Below, piece after piece: positions 28,601 through 36,946 of a DNA stretch of 64,000 bases (position 1 is its first letter; the number at the start of each line of letters is the position of its first letter). Position numbers and translations under genes: made by a program. This stretch comes from Bacillales bacterium UBA5026 (lineage in GTDB: Bacteria > Bacillota_I > Bacilli_A > RF39 > UBA660). The notes below the pieces were generated by a model that was given only the letters and a program-made list of their open reading frames with translations, ran no database searches and was not told where the DNA came from. The stretch lies in NCBI GenBank assembly GCA_002416285.1, contig DICM01000020.1, positions 26,597 to 90,596 of the forward strand, in the 5' to 3' direction.

Positions 28601-30025
28601 TCTACCAGGATTAATTAATTGATCGTACCGATCAATAACTTCACCATTAAATAATTTAACCGCTCCAATTTCAATCGTCGAATCTCCACCACCAGCATTA
28701 AATCCTGTTGTTTCAAGGTCAAATACGACATAAGCAGTGTCTAACAATTTTTTATCGTTCGGGCGAACGACAATTCGGATTGTATCATCAACCATTATAA
28801 GTTCTGTTCCGTAAAGGACTTTAAAACGATCTTCTGGATTTTCAATCTTTTTATTGATACTATTTACTGCTGAAAAGGCAATTGGAAAAGCCTGACAACC
28901 ATTATGATCGGTAATGGCAATTGCTTTATGACCCCATTTGCGGGCTAAATCAACAATTTCAATTGTATGTTTTCCAAGATCAAGTTTTGAAACACCATCC
29001 ATTTGGCTCATCATCGTATGTACATGAAGTTCCACCCTTTTTTCAGGTGCATCATCGATAACTTCCTCTACTTGTTTCTCAAATATATTAATATCACGAA
29101 TTTGGAATGTAAGTTCATTTGAGTATTTATCATCCTTTACCATTCCACGCATTTTAAACCATTTACCTTTTTTTAATTGCTTAATGATTTTAGGATAATT
29201 TTCTTCGTCATCAATAAATATCTTTCCATAGATACTATCGGTGTAATCAGTAATTTTTAAAGTTACAATCTTTAAAGTGGTTTTTGTTTCGCGAACATCT
29301 GGATCGGCAAATAAACATGCTTCAATGGTAAGGTTATTAGTCGGTCCAATCACAGTGTCTAGTCTTGCTAGAGTATCTTCGATTTTTCTTCCAATAATAA
29401 CTTCTGGATTATCCGGTTCTTCTATAATTGGTGGACGTTTATAGTCTTTTGGTACAAATTTCTTTTTTTGTTCAGGAACTGGTTCATTTGGAACAAAGAT
29501 TTCTTTGGGAACGTTGACGACTAATTCTTGTTCGATTTCTTTTTGAAATTCTTCTGATTTCGCTTCATCAACTTTAGTTTTAATTTTAAAGGTATAACCG
29601 ATGCGCAAAAACTCTTTTTGTAAATCGTTTAAAATACTATTAAATTTCATTTCTTCAGCTTTATTATTTAGAACAATCGTTAAGATTGAATCGGATAAAT
29701 GAATCGGAAACTCTTTAAACATAGAGAAAAGTGGAGATTCTTTCTCATATTTTTCTAGAAAGAAACGGTAATATTCAGCTAAATAATTCTCAGCTTCATG
29801 ATCAACTTGAAAACAAGCTTGCACTTCAATTCCAGCATAAGATTTTCGCAATGTTTTAGAGAATTGTTGTTCTAAAGCTGGAGATAAAGTGTTTTCAAGA
29901 TGAATAACAAATCGATATTTTGTTTTATCTTGATTTCCAATAATGCGTACTAAAGAGGCATTTTGAAAATATTCTAGATCTTTCCATCCCATATGTTTTA
30001 AAAGTTGTTCTAGTTTTTGTTCCAT
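25613..30025 (-). CDS. polC: DNA polymerase III alpha subunit, Gram-positive PolC type
   Basis: PHP domain (VELHVHTMMSQMDG), inserted DEDDh exonuclease (VVFDLETTG...HNAKFDTSF), zinc module (CPNCKH...CPHC) and polymerase core. The track starts at GTG 30037. I prefer ATG 30025 (MEQKLEQLL) behind GGAGTGGGTGA. Confidence 0.95.
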   Translation of the reverse strand: MEQKLEQLLKHMGWKDLEYFQNASLVRIIGNQDKTKYRFVIHLENTLSPALEQQFSKTLRKSYAGIEVQACFQVDHEAENYLAEYYRFFLEKYEKESPLFSMFKEFPIHLSDSILTIVLNNKAEEMKFNSILNDLQKEFLRIGYTFKIKTKVDEAKSEEFQKEIEQELVVNVPKEIFVPNEPVPEQKKKFVPKDYKRPPIIEEPDNPEVIIGRKIEDTLARLDTVIGPTNNLTIEACLFADPDVRETKTTLKIVTLKITDYTDSIYGKIFIDDEENYPKIIKQLKKGKWFKMRGMVKDDKYSNELTFQIRDINIFEKQVEEVIDDAPEKRVELHVHTMMSQMDGVSKLDLGKHTIEIVDLARKWGHKAIAITDHNGCQAFPIAFSAVNSINKKIENPEDRFKVLYGTELIMVDDTIRIVVRPNDKKLLDTAYVVFDLETTGFNAGGGDSTIEIGAVKLFNGEVIDRYDQLINPGRKLPSKITELTAITDEMLEGKPDEETAFKEFIAWVGNLPMVAHNAKFDTSFVEMAYQKYHLGTFENTVIDTLELSRTMDNNYARHSLSALVKRYNVPFDEDSHHRGDYDAEATALVFHKMLKKLHDRNFETIIDLDKLVSKDEIHKYGRTYHVNLLAKNKVGLKNLFRIISLANTTYLYKTPRILRSEIDRLREGLLVGSGCYESEVFTEARSKSNEELTNIINFYDYVEVQPPEVYDHLIQMGDFGNKSELEEHIKKIVSVTEDSGKLIVATGDVHQTKREDKIYREIIVNQKVPGGGRHPLSRSGITSIPSQHFRTTREMLEDFAFLGSEKAFEIVVKNTNLVADQIEEIEVIIDTDGIPFSPKIENSIETVNELVYGKAKEWYGEPLPKIIDDRINQELTGIIKGGFDVIYLIAQKLVKKSNDDGYLVGSRGSVGSSFVATMMGITEVNPLPAHYRCPNCKHSIFELDGKVLGAEYSSGFDLPDYNCPHCNTLMVKDGQDMPFATFLGFDADKVPDIDLNFSDLNQADAHEYTKVLFGVDNVYRAGTIGTVADKTAFGYVKGYCEEHNIVMRTAEVERLAMGCTGVKRTTGQHPGGIVVIPGYMDVFDFTPFQYPADDPNSAWRTTHFDYHAIDQDVLKLDILGHSDPTQLRMIQDLTGMDVTTVPLDDKETMGIFLSPEPLGVTKEQIMCETGTLGIPEFGTKFTLQMLADTKPTSFAELIKISGLSHGTDVWLGNAQDLIRNKVVPFKEVIGCRDDIMVYLMYHGLAPKRAFKIMEFVRKGRASKDPEAWKEMDAEMREAGIEPWFIESCRKIKYMFPKAHAAAYVISAFRIAWYKVHMPVYYYASWLSTKATDFDVDAMIAGYSAIKNKIIEIANKGNEATNKDAGISECLHVALEATARGIKFANIDLYHSNATTFAVKDDKTIYPPFSSIDGLGDTVAKNIVAERAKQEFLSIEDFQKRAKVSTTLIEKMRMMGIFEGMDESSQLSLF

Positions 30026-30085
30026 AGTATCACCCACTCCATTGTATCAAAAAAAAGAGTTTCTTGAAACCCTTTTAGAATTGTT

Positions 30086-30110
30086 AAAGAAAAAAAGATC
30101 TTAAGATCTT
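30086..30110 (-). terminator. intrinsic terminator after pilin gene 1
   Basis: AAGATC-TTAA-GATCTT palindrome (30095-30110), directly after the TAA stop and followed by TTTTTTT on the minus strand. Confidence 0.75.
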
Positions 30111-30566
30111 TTATTCACCGATTGTTGAAAAATTTTCTACAACTTTAGCAGTTTTACCATCATATTCAACTTTATAACCGTTGATTGTTAATTGAGCTAA
30201 CTTAATTTCACCACCGTCAACAACTACTTTTCCACCATCGACTGGATTTTTACCTTTGAAATCAACTGTAATTGTAATGGCTTTATCATCAGTAGTTTTT
30301 TCTGTATCTGCAGTAAGTGTTTTTCCTTCTAATGATGTTGTATAAGTATCATCTACAATTTTAGCTTCACTAGCATTAGTAAGCATATTTTTTAAAGTTG
30401 ATTTTTCAACAGAATCAATATACCCGTATGCACTACTTTCAGCAGCACCTTTCTTAGCACTATCAATAACTCCTAAAATCATTGGTGTAGCAATTAACGC
30501 AATGATTGCAAGAATAACGATAACAGCTAGTAATTCAATTAATGTAAAACCTTTTGTATTTTTCAT
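30111..30566 (-). CDS. type IV pilin-like protein (short, major-pilin-like), copy 1
   Basis: MKNTKG|FTLIELLAVIVILAIIALIATPMILGVIDSAKKGAAESSAYGY. This is a prepilin cleavage/methylation motif with Glu at +5. GGAGG RBS at 30576-30580. Confidence 0.9.
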   Translation of the reverse strand: MKNTKGFTLIELLAVIVILAIIALIATPMILGVIDSAKKGAAESSAYGYIDSVEKSTLKNMLTNASEAKIVDDTYTTSLEGKTLTADTEKTTDDKAITITVDFKGKNPVDGGKVVVDGGEIKLAQLTINGYKVEYDGKTAKVVENFSTIGE

Positions 30567-30597
30567 GTATAACTTCCTCCTATTTTTCTACAGTATT

Positions 30598-30626
30598 AAT
30601 ATACCATAGGTTCTTCGCCCAGTCAA
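30598..30626 (-). promoter_or_regulatory. sigma-A type promoter of pilin gene 1
   Basis: Minus strand reads TTGACT (30621-30626)-17 nt-TATATT (30598-30603). The TTCGACAAAAT motif lies just upstream (30631-30641). Confidence 0.7.
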
Positions 30627-30776
30627 TATAATTTTGTCGAATTTTAGAATATACTACATTAAAATTGAATTAAATTTCATATTTTTTTTAGAAGGAAATA
30701 AGCTGTTAGCTCGTAGATAATATTTTTAATTCTTAACAGGTAAAATATCTATCAAAAAAAAAGACCTTTCGATCTT

Positions 30777-31232
30777 TTATCCTTCAATTGCAGAAAAGTT
30801 TTCTACAACTTTAGCAGTTTTACCATCATATTCAACTTTGTAACCGTTGATTGTTAATTGTGCTAATTTAATTTCTCCACCATCAACAACTACTTTTCCA
30901 CCATTCTCTGGATTTTTACCTTTGAAATCAACTTTGATTTTAACTGGTGCAGCTGGTGTACCAACCGCTTTTGTACCTGTTAGTGTTTTTCCAGCATCAC
31001 TGATTGTGTAAGTATCATCTACGATTTTAGCTTCTGAAGCATTAGCTAGCATATTTTTTAAAGTTGATTTTTCTACTGCATCAACATACCCATATGCACT
31101 ACTTTCAGAAGCACCTTTCTTAGCACTATCGATTACTCCTAAAATCATTGGTGTTGCAATTAACGCAATGATTGCAAGAATAACGATAACAGCAAGTAAT
31201 TCAATTAATGTAAAACCTTTTGTATTTTTCAT
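30777..31232 (-). CDS. type IV pilin-like protein, copy 2
   Basis: Same length (151 aa) as copy 1. It is near-identical over residues 1-75 and from about 101 to 151, but differs over residues about 76-100. Confidence 0.9.
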   Translation of the reverse strand: MKNTKGFTLIELLAVIVILAIIALIATPMILGVIDSAKKGASESSAYGYVDAVEKSTLKNMLANASEAKIVDDTYTISDAGKTLTGTKAVGTPAAPVKIKVDFKGKNPENGGKVVVDGGEIKLAQLTINGYKVEYDGKTAKVVENFSAIEG

Positions 31233-31262
31233 GTATAACTTCCTCCTATCTTATACAATAAT

Positions 31263-31291
31263 AATATATCACAGCTAAATTACACAGTCAA
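31263..31291 (-). promoter_or_regulatory. sigma-A type promoter of pilin gene 2
   Basis: Minus strand reads TTGACT (31286-31291)-17 nt-TATATT (31263-31268), the same hexamers as copy 1. Confidence 0.7.
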
Positions 31292-31296
31292 TATGA

Positions 31297-31336
31297 TTTT
31301 GTCGAAATAATGTAAATTTTGTCGAAATAATGTAAA
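31297..31336. repeat. perfect 20-bp tandem duplication (ttttgtcgaaataatgtaaa x2)
   Basis: 31297-31316 is identical to 31317-31336. It sits immediately upstream of the -35 of pilin gene 2. Each unit contains the TTCGACAAAA motif (minus strand) also found upstream of pilin gene 1. Confidence 0.9.
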
Positions 31337-31364
31337 TTATGGAATATTTAATTTTTTATTAAAA

Positions 31365-31400
31365 TAAAAGAAAAATAGAAGTTATTTCTTCATAACTTCT
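31365..31400 (-). terminator. intrinsic terminator after pilin gene 3
   Basis: 9-bp stem AGAAGTTAT/ATAACTTCT (31377-31385/31392-31400) overlaps the TAG stop. TTTTTCTTTTATTTT follows on the minus strand. Confidence 0.8.
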
Positions 31401-31839
31401 ATCTTGCGGCTGTTGCTTTTTTACCATCATATGTAACAACATAACCATTAATCGTCAATGTAGCTGCAGTAATCTCTCCACCAGCAATTGTAACGGAGTC
31501 ATCTACACCTTTTGGACTATCTCCTTTGAATGATACATTGATTGTTACTGGGGTAGTTCCATCTGCTTCCATCTTTGTGTTAGCAGTAAGAACTTTACCA
31601 TCACTACTAATTGAATAAGTATCATCAACTAATGTATTACCATTATTATCAATCATATCTTTTAAACTTGATTTTTCAACTGAATCGACATACCCGTAGG
31701 CACTACTTTCAGCAGCACCTCTTTTAGCACTATCAATAACTCCTAAAATCATTGGTGTTGCAATTAAGGCAATGATCGCTAAAATAACGATTACAGCTAG
31801 TAATTCAATTAAGGTAAAACCTTTTCTATTTGCTTTCAT
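31399..31839 (-). CDS. type IV pilin-like protein, copy 3 (more divergent)
   Basis: MKANRKG|FTLIELLAVIVILAIIALIATPMILGVIDSAKRGAAESSAYGY. The globular part is about 50% similar to copies 1 and 2. AGGAGGTAG RBS. Confidence 0.9.
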   Translation of the reverse strand: MKANRKGFTLIELLAVIVILAIIALIATPMILGVIDSAKRGAAESSAYGYVDSVEKSSLKDMIDNNGNTLVDDTYSISSDGKVLTANTKMEADGTTPVTINVSFKGDSPKGVDDSVTIAGGEITAATLTINGYVVTYDGKKATAAR

Positions 31840-32043
31840 TTTTTCTACCTCCTATTCTTTTCTTTATAGTATTTCATTTCACATACTTTCCCACAGTGAT
31901 ATTACAGTGAGATATATTAGAAAAAGCGAATTTATTTTTACTACAATTTAAACCTCCTTTATTTCTATTATGAAGCAAATTCTAGAATTTATGCAGTTTT
32001 TCCCATGGAAATAAAGTAAAAAGAACCAAATTGGTTCTCTTTT

Positions 32044-34557
32044 CTAAATACTTTTTTCTAAGAACATTAATTCTTGCTGTTCTTTTTCTAATGTTGCCTT
32101 TTCTTGGTCAACTAAATGTTTTGGAGCTTTATTAATATAATTCTCATTATTTAATAAATTTGATCTTCTTTCAATACTTGACTTTAGTCTAGTAATTTCT
32201 TTTAATTTGAATTCTTTTTCTTTTTGTAAATTTTCACTATCATCATAGTAAAATTCTATTTTATATTGTTCACTTTCTAAACCATGTCCATTTTCTTGTT
32301 TCGATATTTTTTGTTCTTCATTTAGTCTTAATATTTTTTCGATTAATGGATCTCCTTCAAAATAGAAATTCGCATTTGCTGGAATTTTATTCTCTAATTT
32401 ATAAGCTCTTACCTTAGTGATAAAGTCGATCATTTGATTTACCTCATCACTTGTATCTTCCCACTCGTTATGGCAAGTAGGATAAGCATCTAACATAATC
32501 GTTTCCTTATGAATTGGTAATATTTGATAAATTTCTTCTGTTACATATGGCATAAATGGGTGTAAAAGTTTTAGAATATTTGTTAAAACTTCAAGTAATA
32601 CCGATTTTGTTGTCATCGTTGGTTCTATTTTAGAAAATTCAATATACCAATTACAGAAGTCCTCCCAAATAAAATTATAAAGTTCAGTTCCAACAACATT
32701 AAATTCATATAAATCTAAGTGATTACGGGTTTTCTTGATTACTTCATTTAATCTATTTAAAATCCACTTATCTGTTTTTTGTAAATTTTCCAAAGTATAA
32801 TCCGTTTCACTGAATTCTCCAATTGTCATTAATACAAAACGACTCGCATTCCATAGTTTATTAATAAAATTCCAAGTTGATTTTACTTTTTCCTCATCAT
32901 AACGTAAATCTGTTCCAAGAGCAGTTGACGTAGCTAAGAAAAATCTTAAAGCATCACAACCATACTCTTCGATTACATCCATAGGATCGACACCATTTCC
33001 AAGTGATTTACTCATTTTACGTCCTTCTTTATCACGTATTAAACCATGAATTAAACAGTCCTTGAATGGACGTTTTCCCGTAAATTCAAGACCTTGAAAT
33101 GTCATACGATTTACCCAAAAAGGAATAATATCATACCCAGTTACTAAAACATTGTTAGGATAATAACGTTTAAAGTCTGCTGTTTCCTCTGGCCAACCTA
33201 ATGTTGAAAATGGCCATAATGCACTTGAGAACCAAGTATCAAGTACATCTGGATCTTGGATCCATCCTTCCCCAGTTGGTGCTTCCATTCCAACATATAC
33301 TTCTTCATTCCGATACCAAGCAGGTATTTGATGTCCCCACCATAATTGCCTAGAAATACACCAGTCATAGGTGATTTCCATCCAATGATTCATTGTTTTC
33401 TCATAACGTTCTGGAACAAAATTAACTTTATTATCTGTTTTTTGATTTTCTAAAACACGGTCAGCAAGAGGTCGCATTTTAACAAACCATTGTTTTGATA
33501 GATAAGGTTCAACAATCGCATCTGTTCTTTCACTATGCGGTTCAGAGTGAGTCATTTTTTCAGTACGAATTAATAAATCAGCTTTCTCTAAATCCTCTAA
33601 TAATTTCTTTCTACATTCATAACGATCTAAACCAGCATAAACCCCAGTATTTTCTTTCATTGTTGCATCTGGATTCATAATTACTAATCGTTCTAGATTA
33701 TGTCTATTTCCAACTTCAAAGTCATTTGGATCATGAGCCGGTGTAATTTTAACAACACCTGTTCCAAATTCAGGATCCGCATGTTCATCTCCAACAATTG
33801 GAATCTCTCTACCAACTACTGGTAGAATTACGGTTTTTCCAATTAAATCTTTGTATCGTTCATCATTGGGATTTACCGCTACAGCCATATCACCAAATAA
33901 TGTTTCTGGTCGGGTTGTAGCAACATCTAAATAACGATCTTCACCGACAATATAATATTTTAAGTGATAAAAAGCTCCTTCTGTCTCTTTATAGATAACT
34001 TCCTCATTGGATAAAGCAGTCATAGCTTCTGGATCCCAGTTGATAATACGTTCACCACGGTAAATTAATCCTTTTTTATAGAGTTCATTAAATACATATC
34101 GAACCGTATAACTCAGTTTCTCATCCATTGTAAAACGTTCTTTATTATAGTCTAAGCTAAGTCCTAATTTTCCCCATTGCTCATAGATATTATTCGCATA
34201 CTCTGCTTTCCATGCCCAAGCATGTTTTAACCATTCTTCCCGGCCTAAACTTCTAGGATTGATTCCTTGTTCTCTTAATTTTTTATCTACTTTCGCTTGC
34301 GTTGCAATACCAGCATGATCCATTCCTGGCAGCCATAAAGCATCATAACCATCCATTCGTTTATAACGAATTAAAATATCTTGCATAGTCGTATCCCAAG
34401 CATGTCCTAAATGTAATTTTCCAGTAACATTTGGTGGAGGAATAACAATACAGTATGGTTTCTTGCTTAAATCTCCAGAAGAAAAATAACCATTTTCCTT
34501 CCATTTGTTATACTTCCCTTTTTCGATTTCTTTATGATTATATTTCGTATCTAACAT
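32044..34557 (-). CDS. valS: valyl-tRNA synthetase
   Basis: Class I HIGH motif ([13 protein letters not shown]), KMSKS motif ([10 protein letters not shown]), a CP1 editing domain and a C-terminal coiled coil. Confidence 0.97.
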   Translation of the reverse strand: MLDTKYNHKEIEKGKYNKWKENGYFSSGDLSKKPYCIVIPPPNVTGKLHLGHAWDTTMQDILIRYKRMDGYDALWLPGMDHAGIATQAKVDKKLREQGINPRSLGREEWLKHAWAWKAEYANNIYEQWGKLGLSLDYNKERFTMDEKLSYTVRYVFNELYKKGLIYRGERIINWDPEAMTALSNEEVIYKETEGAFYHLKYYIVGEDRYLDVATTRPETLFGDMAVAVNPNDERYKDLIGKTVILPVVGREIPIVGDEHADPEFGTGVVKITPAHDPNDFEVGNRHNLERLVIMNPDATMKENTGVYAGLDRYECRKKLLEDLEKADLLIRTEKMTHSEPHSERTDAIVEPYLSKQWFVKMRPLADRVLENQKTDNKVNFVPERYEKTMNHWMEITYDWCISRQLWWGHQIPAWYRNEEVYVGMEAPTGEGWIQDPDVLDTWFSSALWPFSTLGWPEETADFKRYYPNNVLVTGYDIIPFWVNRMTFQGLEFTGKRPFKDCLIHGLIRDKEGRKMSKSLGNGVDPMDVIEEYGCDALRFFLATSTALGTDLRYDEEKVKSTWNFINKLWNASRFVLMTIGEFSETDYTLENLQKTDKWILNRLNEVIKKTRNHLDLYEFNVVGTELYNFIWEDFCNWYIEFSKIEPTMTTKSVLLEVLTNILKLLHPFMPYVTEEIYQILPIHKETIMLDAYPTCHNEWEDTSDEVNQMIDFITKVRAYKLENKIPANANFYFEGDPLIEKILRLNEEQKISKQENGHGLESEQYKIEFYYDDSENLQKEKEFKLKEITRLKSSIERRSNLLNNENYINKAPKHLVDQEKATLEKEQQELMFLEKSI

Positions 34558-34559
34558 AT

Positions 34560-35312
34560 TTATTTTCCTCTCTTTTCTAAATAATTATTGACAAGTTCTT
34601 TTATTTTTAATAGTTTTTGATTTTCATTAGGATTATATTTTATTAATTCATCTACAATCCAATTAATAGAATTGTGATATTTTAAATATTGGAAACTATA
34701 TGAAAAATTAAAATCAAACAAGAATGAAATAATTAGCAATGTATGATCCATGTTGGTTTGGACATCTTTTTTGTTGACCGAATTACAACTCATCAACTGG
34801 GTAAAACAGTCATCTGTAATTGCGCCTAAATCAGAATTGATTTTTAAATCACCCATTTGATATAAATATAAGATATCTAATTTGTCCGCATCACGAATAA
34901 TCTTACAAAATAGTAAAGTTCTTTCATCCAGTCCATCATCGATTGTTAATTTATTATGATTTTCTATAGCGGTTAATATAAGTTCTTGAACTTCTATATC
35001 CATTACATATTCTTGAATATAATAATTCATCTTTAATATTTCAACACCTAAAATGGCATGATCAACCGAAGTATTATCATTAAATGTATCATAAATTCTT
35101 AACTGTTCAAATCTGCCTATATCATGTAATAATCCAATTAAAGATGCGATATTAATATCTTCTTCTTTCAAATTTAAAGAAATAGCTATTTCTCTGCAAA
35201 AATTCATGACTCTAAAAGTATGATCTCGCTTCTGTCGAATCTTAAAATTATTCATATCATAATTTTTAATATATTCCTCAAATCTTATTTTACATTTATT
35301 TAAGTCAATCAT
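34560..35312 (-). CDS. HD-domain phosphohydrolase (function unknown)
   Basis: HTFRVMNF...[13 protein letters not shown]...DHAILG give the H..HD..D metal ligands. The track ORF (to 35456) runs through a T-box leader. The real start is ATG 35312 (MIDLNKCK) behind AGAAGGTGA. The stop lies 2 nt before the valS ATG. Confidence 0.8.
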   Translation of the reverse strand: MIDLNKCKIRFEEYIKNYDMNNFKIRQKRDHTFRVMNFCREIAISLNLKEEDINIASLIGLLHDIGRFEQLRIYDTFNDNTSVDHAILGVEILKMNYYIQEYVMDIEVQELILTAIENHNKLTIDDGLDERTLLFCKIIRDADKLDILYLYQMGDLKINSDLGAITDDCFTQLMSCNSVNKKDVQTNMDHTLLIISFLFDFNFSYSFQYLKYHNSINWIVDELIKYNPNENQKLLKIKELVNNYLEKRGK

Positions 35313-35328
35313 AGTTTCACCTTCTAAC

Positions 35329-35545
35329 AAAAAAACAATCCATCCATAAAGGACGAATTGCTCGTGGTACCACCTTAGTTTCATATCTTGCGATATGCTT
35401 AATTCTTTAACGCAGAATACGGAATTTTCTACTGAATTCAAAAATTCGACTCCCAAGCTACCTTCCTAAATTTCTTTGTTCCGTTTTCACCACCCACGAA
35501 CTCTCTATTCAAATCCATCTAGTAATCCTCTTGTTCTTCATCATT
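35329..35545 (-). promoter_or_regulatory. T-box riboswitch leader (tRNA-sensing transcription attenuator), probably Val-specific
   Basis: Minus strand carries an AGAGAG box and a GGTGAAAA distal-loop-like element (35481-35510). The conserved T-box sequence AAACTAAGGTGGTACCACGAG is at 35361-35380. The terminator CAATTCGTCC-TTTAT-GGATGGATTG-TTTTTTT is at 35329-35360. A candidate GUA specifier lies within GGAAGGUAGC (35459-35461). Confidence 0.85.
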
Positions 35546-35551
35546 AGAACT

Positions 35552-35580
35552 ATTATATTCATTTCGTTATTATTTGTCAA
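35552..35580 (-). promoter_or_regulatory. consensus sigma-A promoter driving the T-box/HD/valS operon
   Basis: Minus strand reads TTGACA (35575-35580)-17 nt-TATAAT (35552-35557). Confidence 0.85.
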
Positions 35581-35581
35581 T

Positions 35582-36874
35582 TTATTTTCGTACTAAATTA
35601 ACTCCAGTATAATAATGTTTTAAAATTTGTTCATAATTGTATCCAGCATTAGCCATTCCATTTGCACCATATTGACTCATACCAACACCATGACCATAAC
35701 CCCTCGTTGTGATTACTAAGTTTCCATTTTGGATAGTTAAATCAAAATCAGTGGAACGTAATCCTAGCATCGTTCTTAAATCAATTCCAGAATATATTTT
35801 TCCTCCAACTGCTACTGTTTCAACTCGTCCACTCACATTTCTAGAAATAGAGGCATTTACTAAATCTGTCTCATTAATTCCTAAAATTGATAAGACGATA
35901 CCTAATTCCTTTTCTGTCGTTCGTAGATAAGATGTTGCCGATTGATCCCAAGGACTATCGACACTGACTAAGTATGGAACATAATTTCCCCAAACATTCT
36001 GTGCCGATTCTGTTTTACCATTACTCGTTGAATGGTAAACTGCTTCGATATAATTGCCCTGGTAAGTCAGAACTAGATCTTTGGTACTTTCTACTGCACT
36101 TTTTATCTTATTATAATAAATAGAATAGCTTCCACCCCATAAATTCTGCATCTCTCTTTCATCGATATAAGCTTGGGTTGAAACCGAATCAGTTAACCGT
36201 ACTCCCTGACTTAATTTTTTTAGTGTATAAGTACGGGCAACAACTACTTGTGCTTTTAAAGCTTCATTTGAAAAAGAGGCAGGCATTTCAGCAGCTACTA
36301 CACCGATTAAATAATCACTAAGTGCTAAAGTTACCACACTTCCATTTGTCCGATAAATAGTAACTGTTTGCTCCTGAACAATTGGTTCTGTTGGAATATT
36401 CGGTTGACTATTTTCTATTTGTGTGTTATTTACGTTATTTGATTTTGCCGTCGTGGATACACTACTTTGACTGGCCGGGTGATCATTGGTAATATCCATT
36501 TTTTCCTGTACTTCATCAGCTTCTTCTGAACTAGAAGTCTCAGTTTCCAATCCTTCGCTTTCATCACTCTGTATTATGTTTTGAGAAACATTACTGATAC
36601 TTTCTACAATACTCGCATTATGGTAAAGATTGTAGTCTACTTTTCTTTCAGAAATTGGCAAAAATAAAGTTACTAAAGCAATCCCACCAATTACTAGTAC
36701 AATCTTTGTTCCATTGAAGTCGATTTTTTTATCAAACAAATATTCTTTCACTTCCTCTAAAAAGGTATGTTTTTCTTTTTTACCATTGAAAGAAGAAAAC
36801 TCATAATTAAAATTTAAATGCAATACAAGAACTTCTTCTCCATTTATATTTTTAATATCATAATTATCAATCAT
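35582..36874 (-). CDS. SpoIID/LytB-domain protein (lytic transglycosylase / amidase enhancer)
   Basis: N-terminal TM. C-terminal SpoIID motifs: VVARTYTLKK, YHSTSNGKTE, GYGHGVGMSQYGANGMA. Confidence 0.85.
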   Translation of the reverse strand: MIDNYDIKNINGEEVLVLHLNFNYEFSSFNGKKEKHTFLEEVKEYLFDKKIDFNGTKIVLVIGGIALVTLFLPISERKVDYNLYHNASIVESISNVSQNIIQSDESEGLETETSSSEEADEVQEKMDITNDHPASQSSVSTTAKSNNVNNTQIENSQPNIPTEPIVQEQTVTIYRTNGSVVTLALSDYLIGVVAAEMPASFSNEALKAQVVVARTYTLKKLSQGVRLTDSVSTQAYIDEREMQNLWGGSYSIYYNKIKSAVESTKDLVLTYQGNYIEAVYHSTSNGKTESAQNVWGNYVPYLVSVDSPWDQSATSYLRTTEKELGIVLSILGINETDLVNASISRNVSGRVETVAVGGKIYSGIDLRTMLGLRSTDFDLTIQNGNLVITTRGYGHGVGMSQYGANGMANAGYNYEQILKHYYTGVNLVRK

Positions 36875-36946
36875 ACTATCACCAGTTTTAGCTTAACCCA
36901 AAACCTTTATTCCATACTGCTGCAAACAAAAAAGCACAACGTGCTT

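Noticed and set aside
12856-31839. Calling this a complete type IV pilus, competence pseudopilus or T2SS locus.
   Set aside because: Only pilin-type structural genes are present. No prepilin peptidase, assembly or retraction ATPase, or platform protein is in the window, so the machinery and even pilus formation remain unproven.
35313-35456. N-terminal 48 codons of the track ORF 34560..35456.
   Set aside because: This stretch contains the T-box sequence and its terminator (KLRWYHEQFV is GGUGGUACCACGAG... translated). The real start is ATG 35312, which has a strong RBS.
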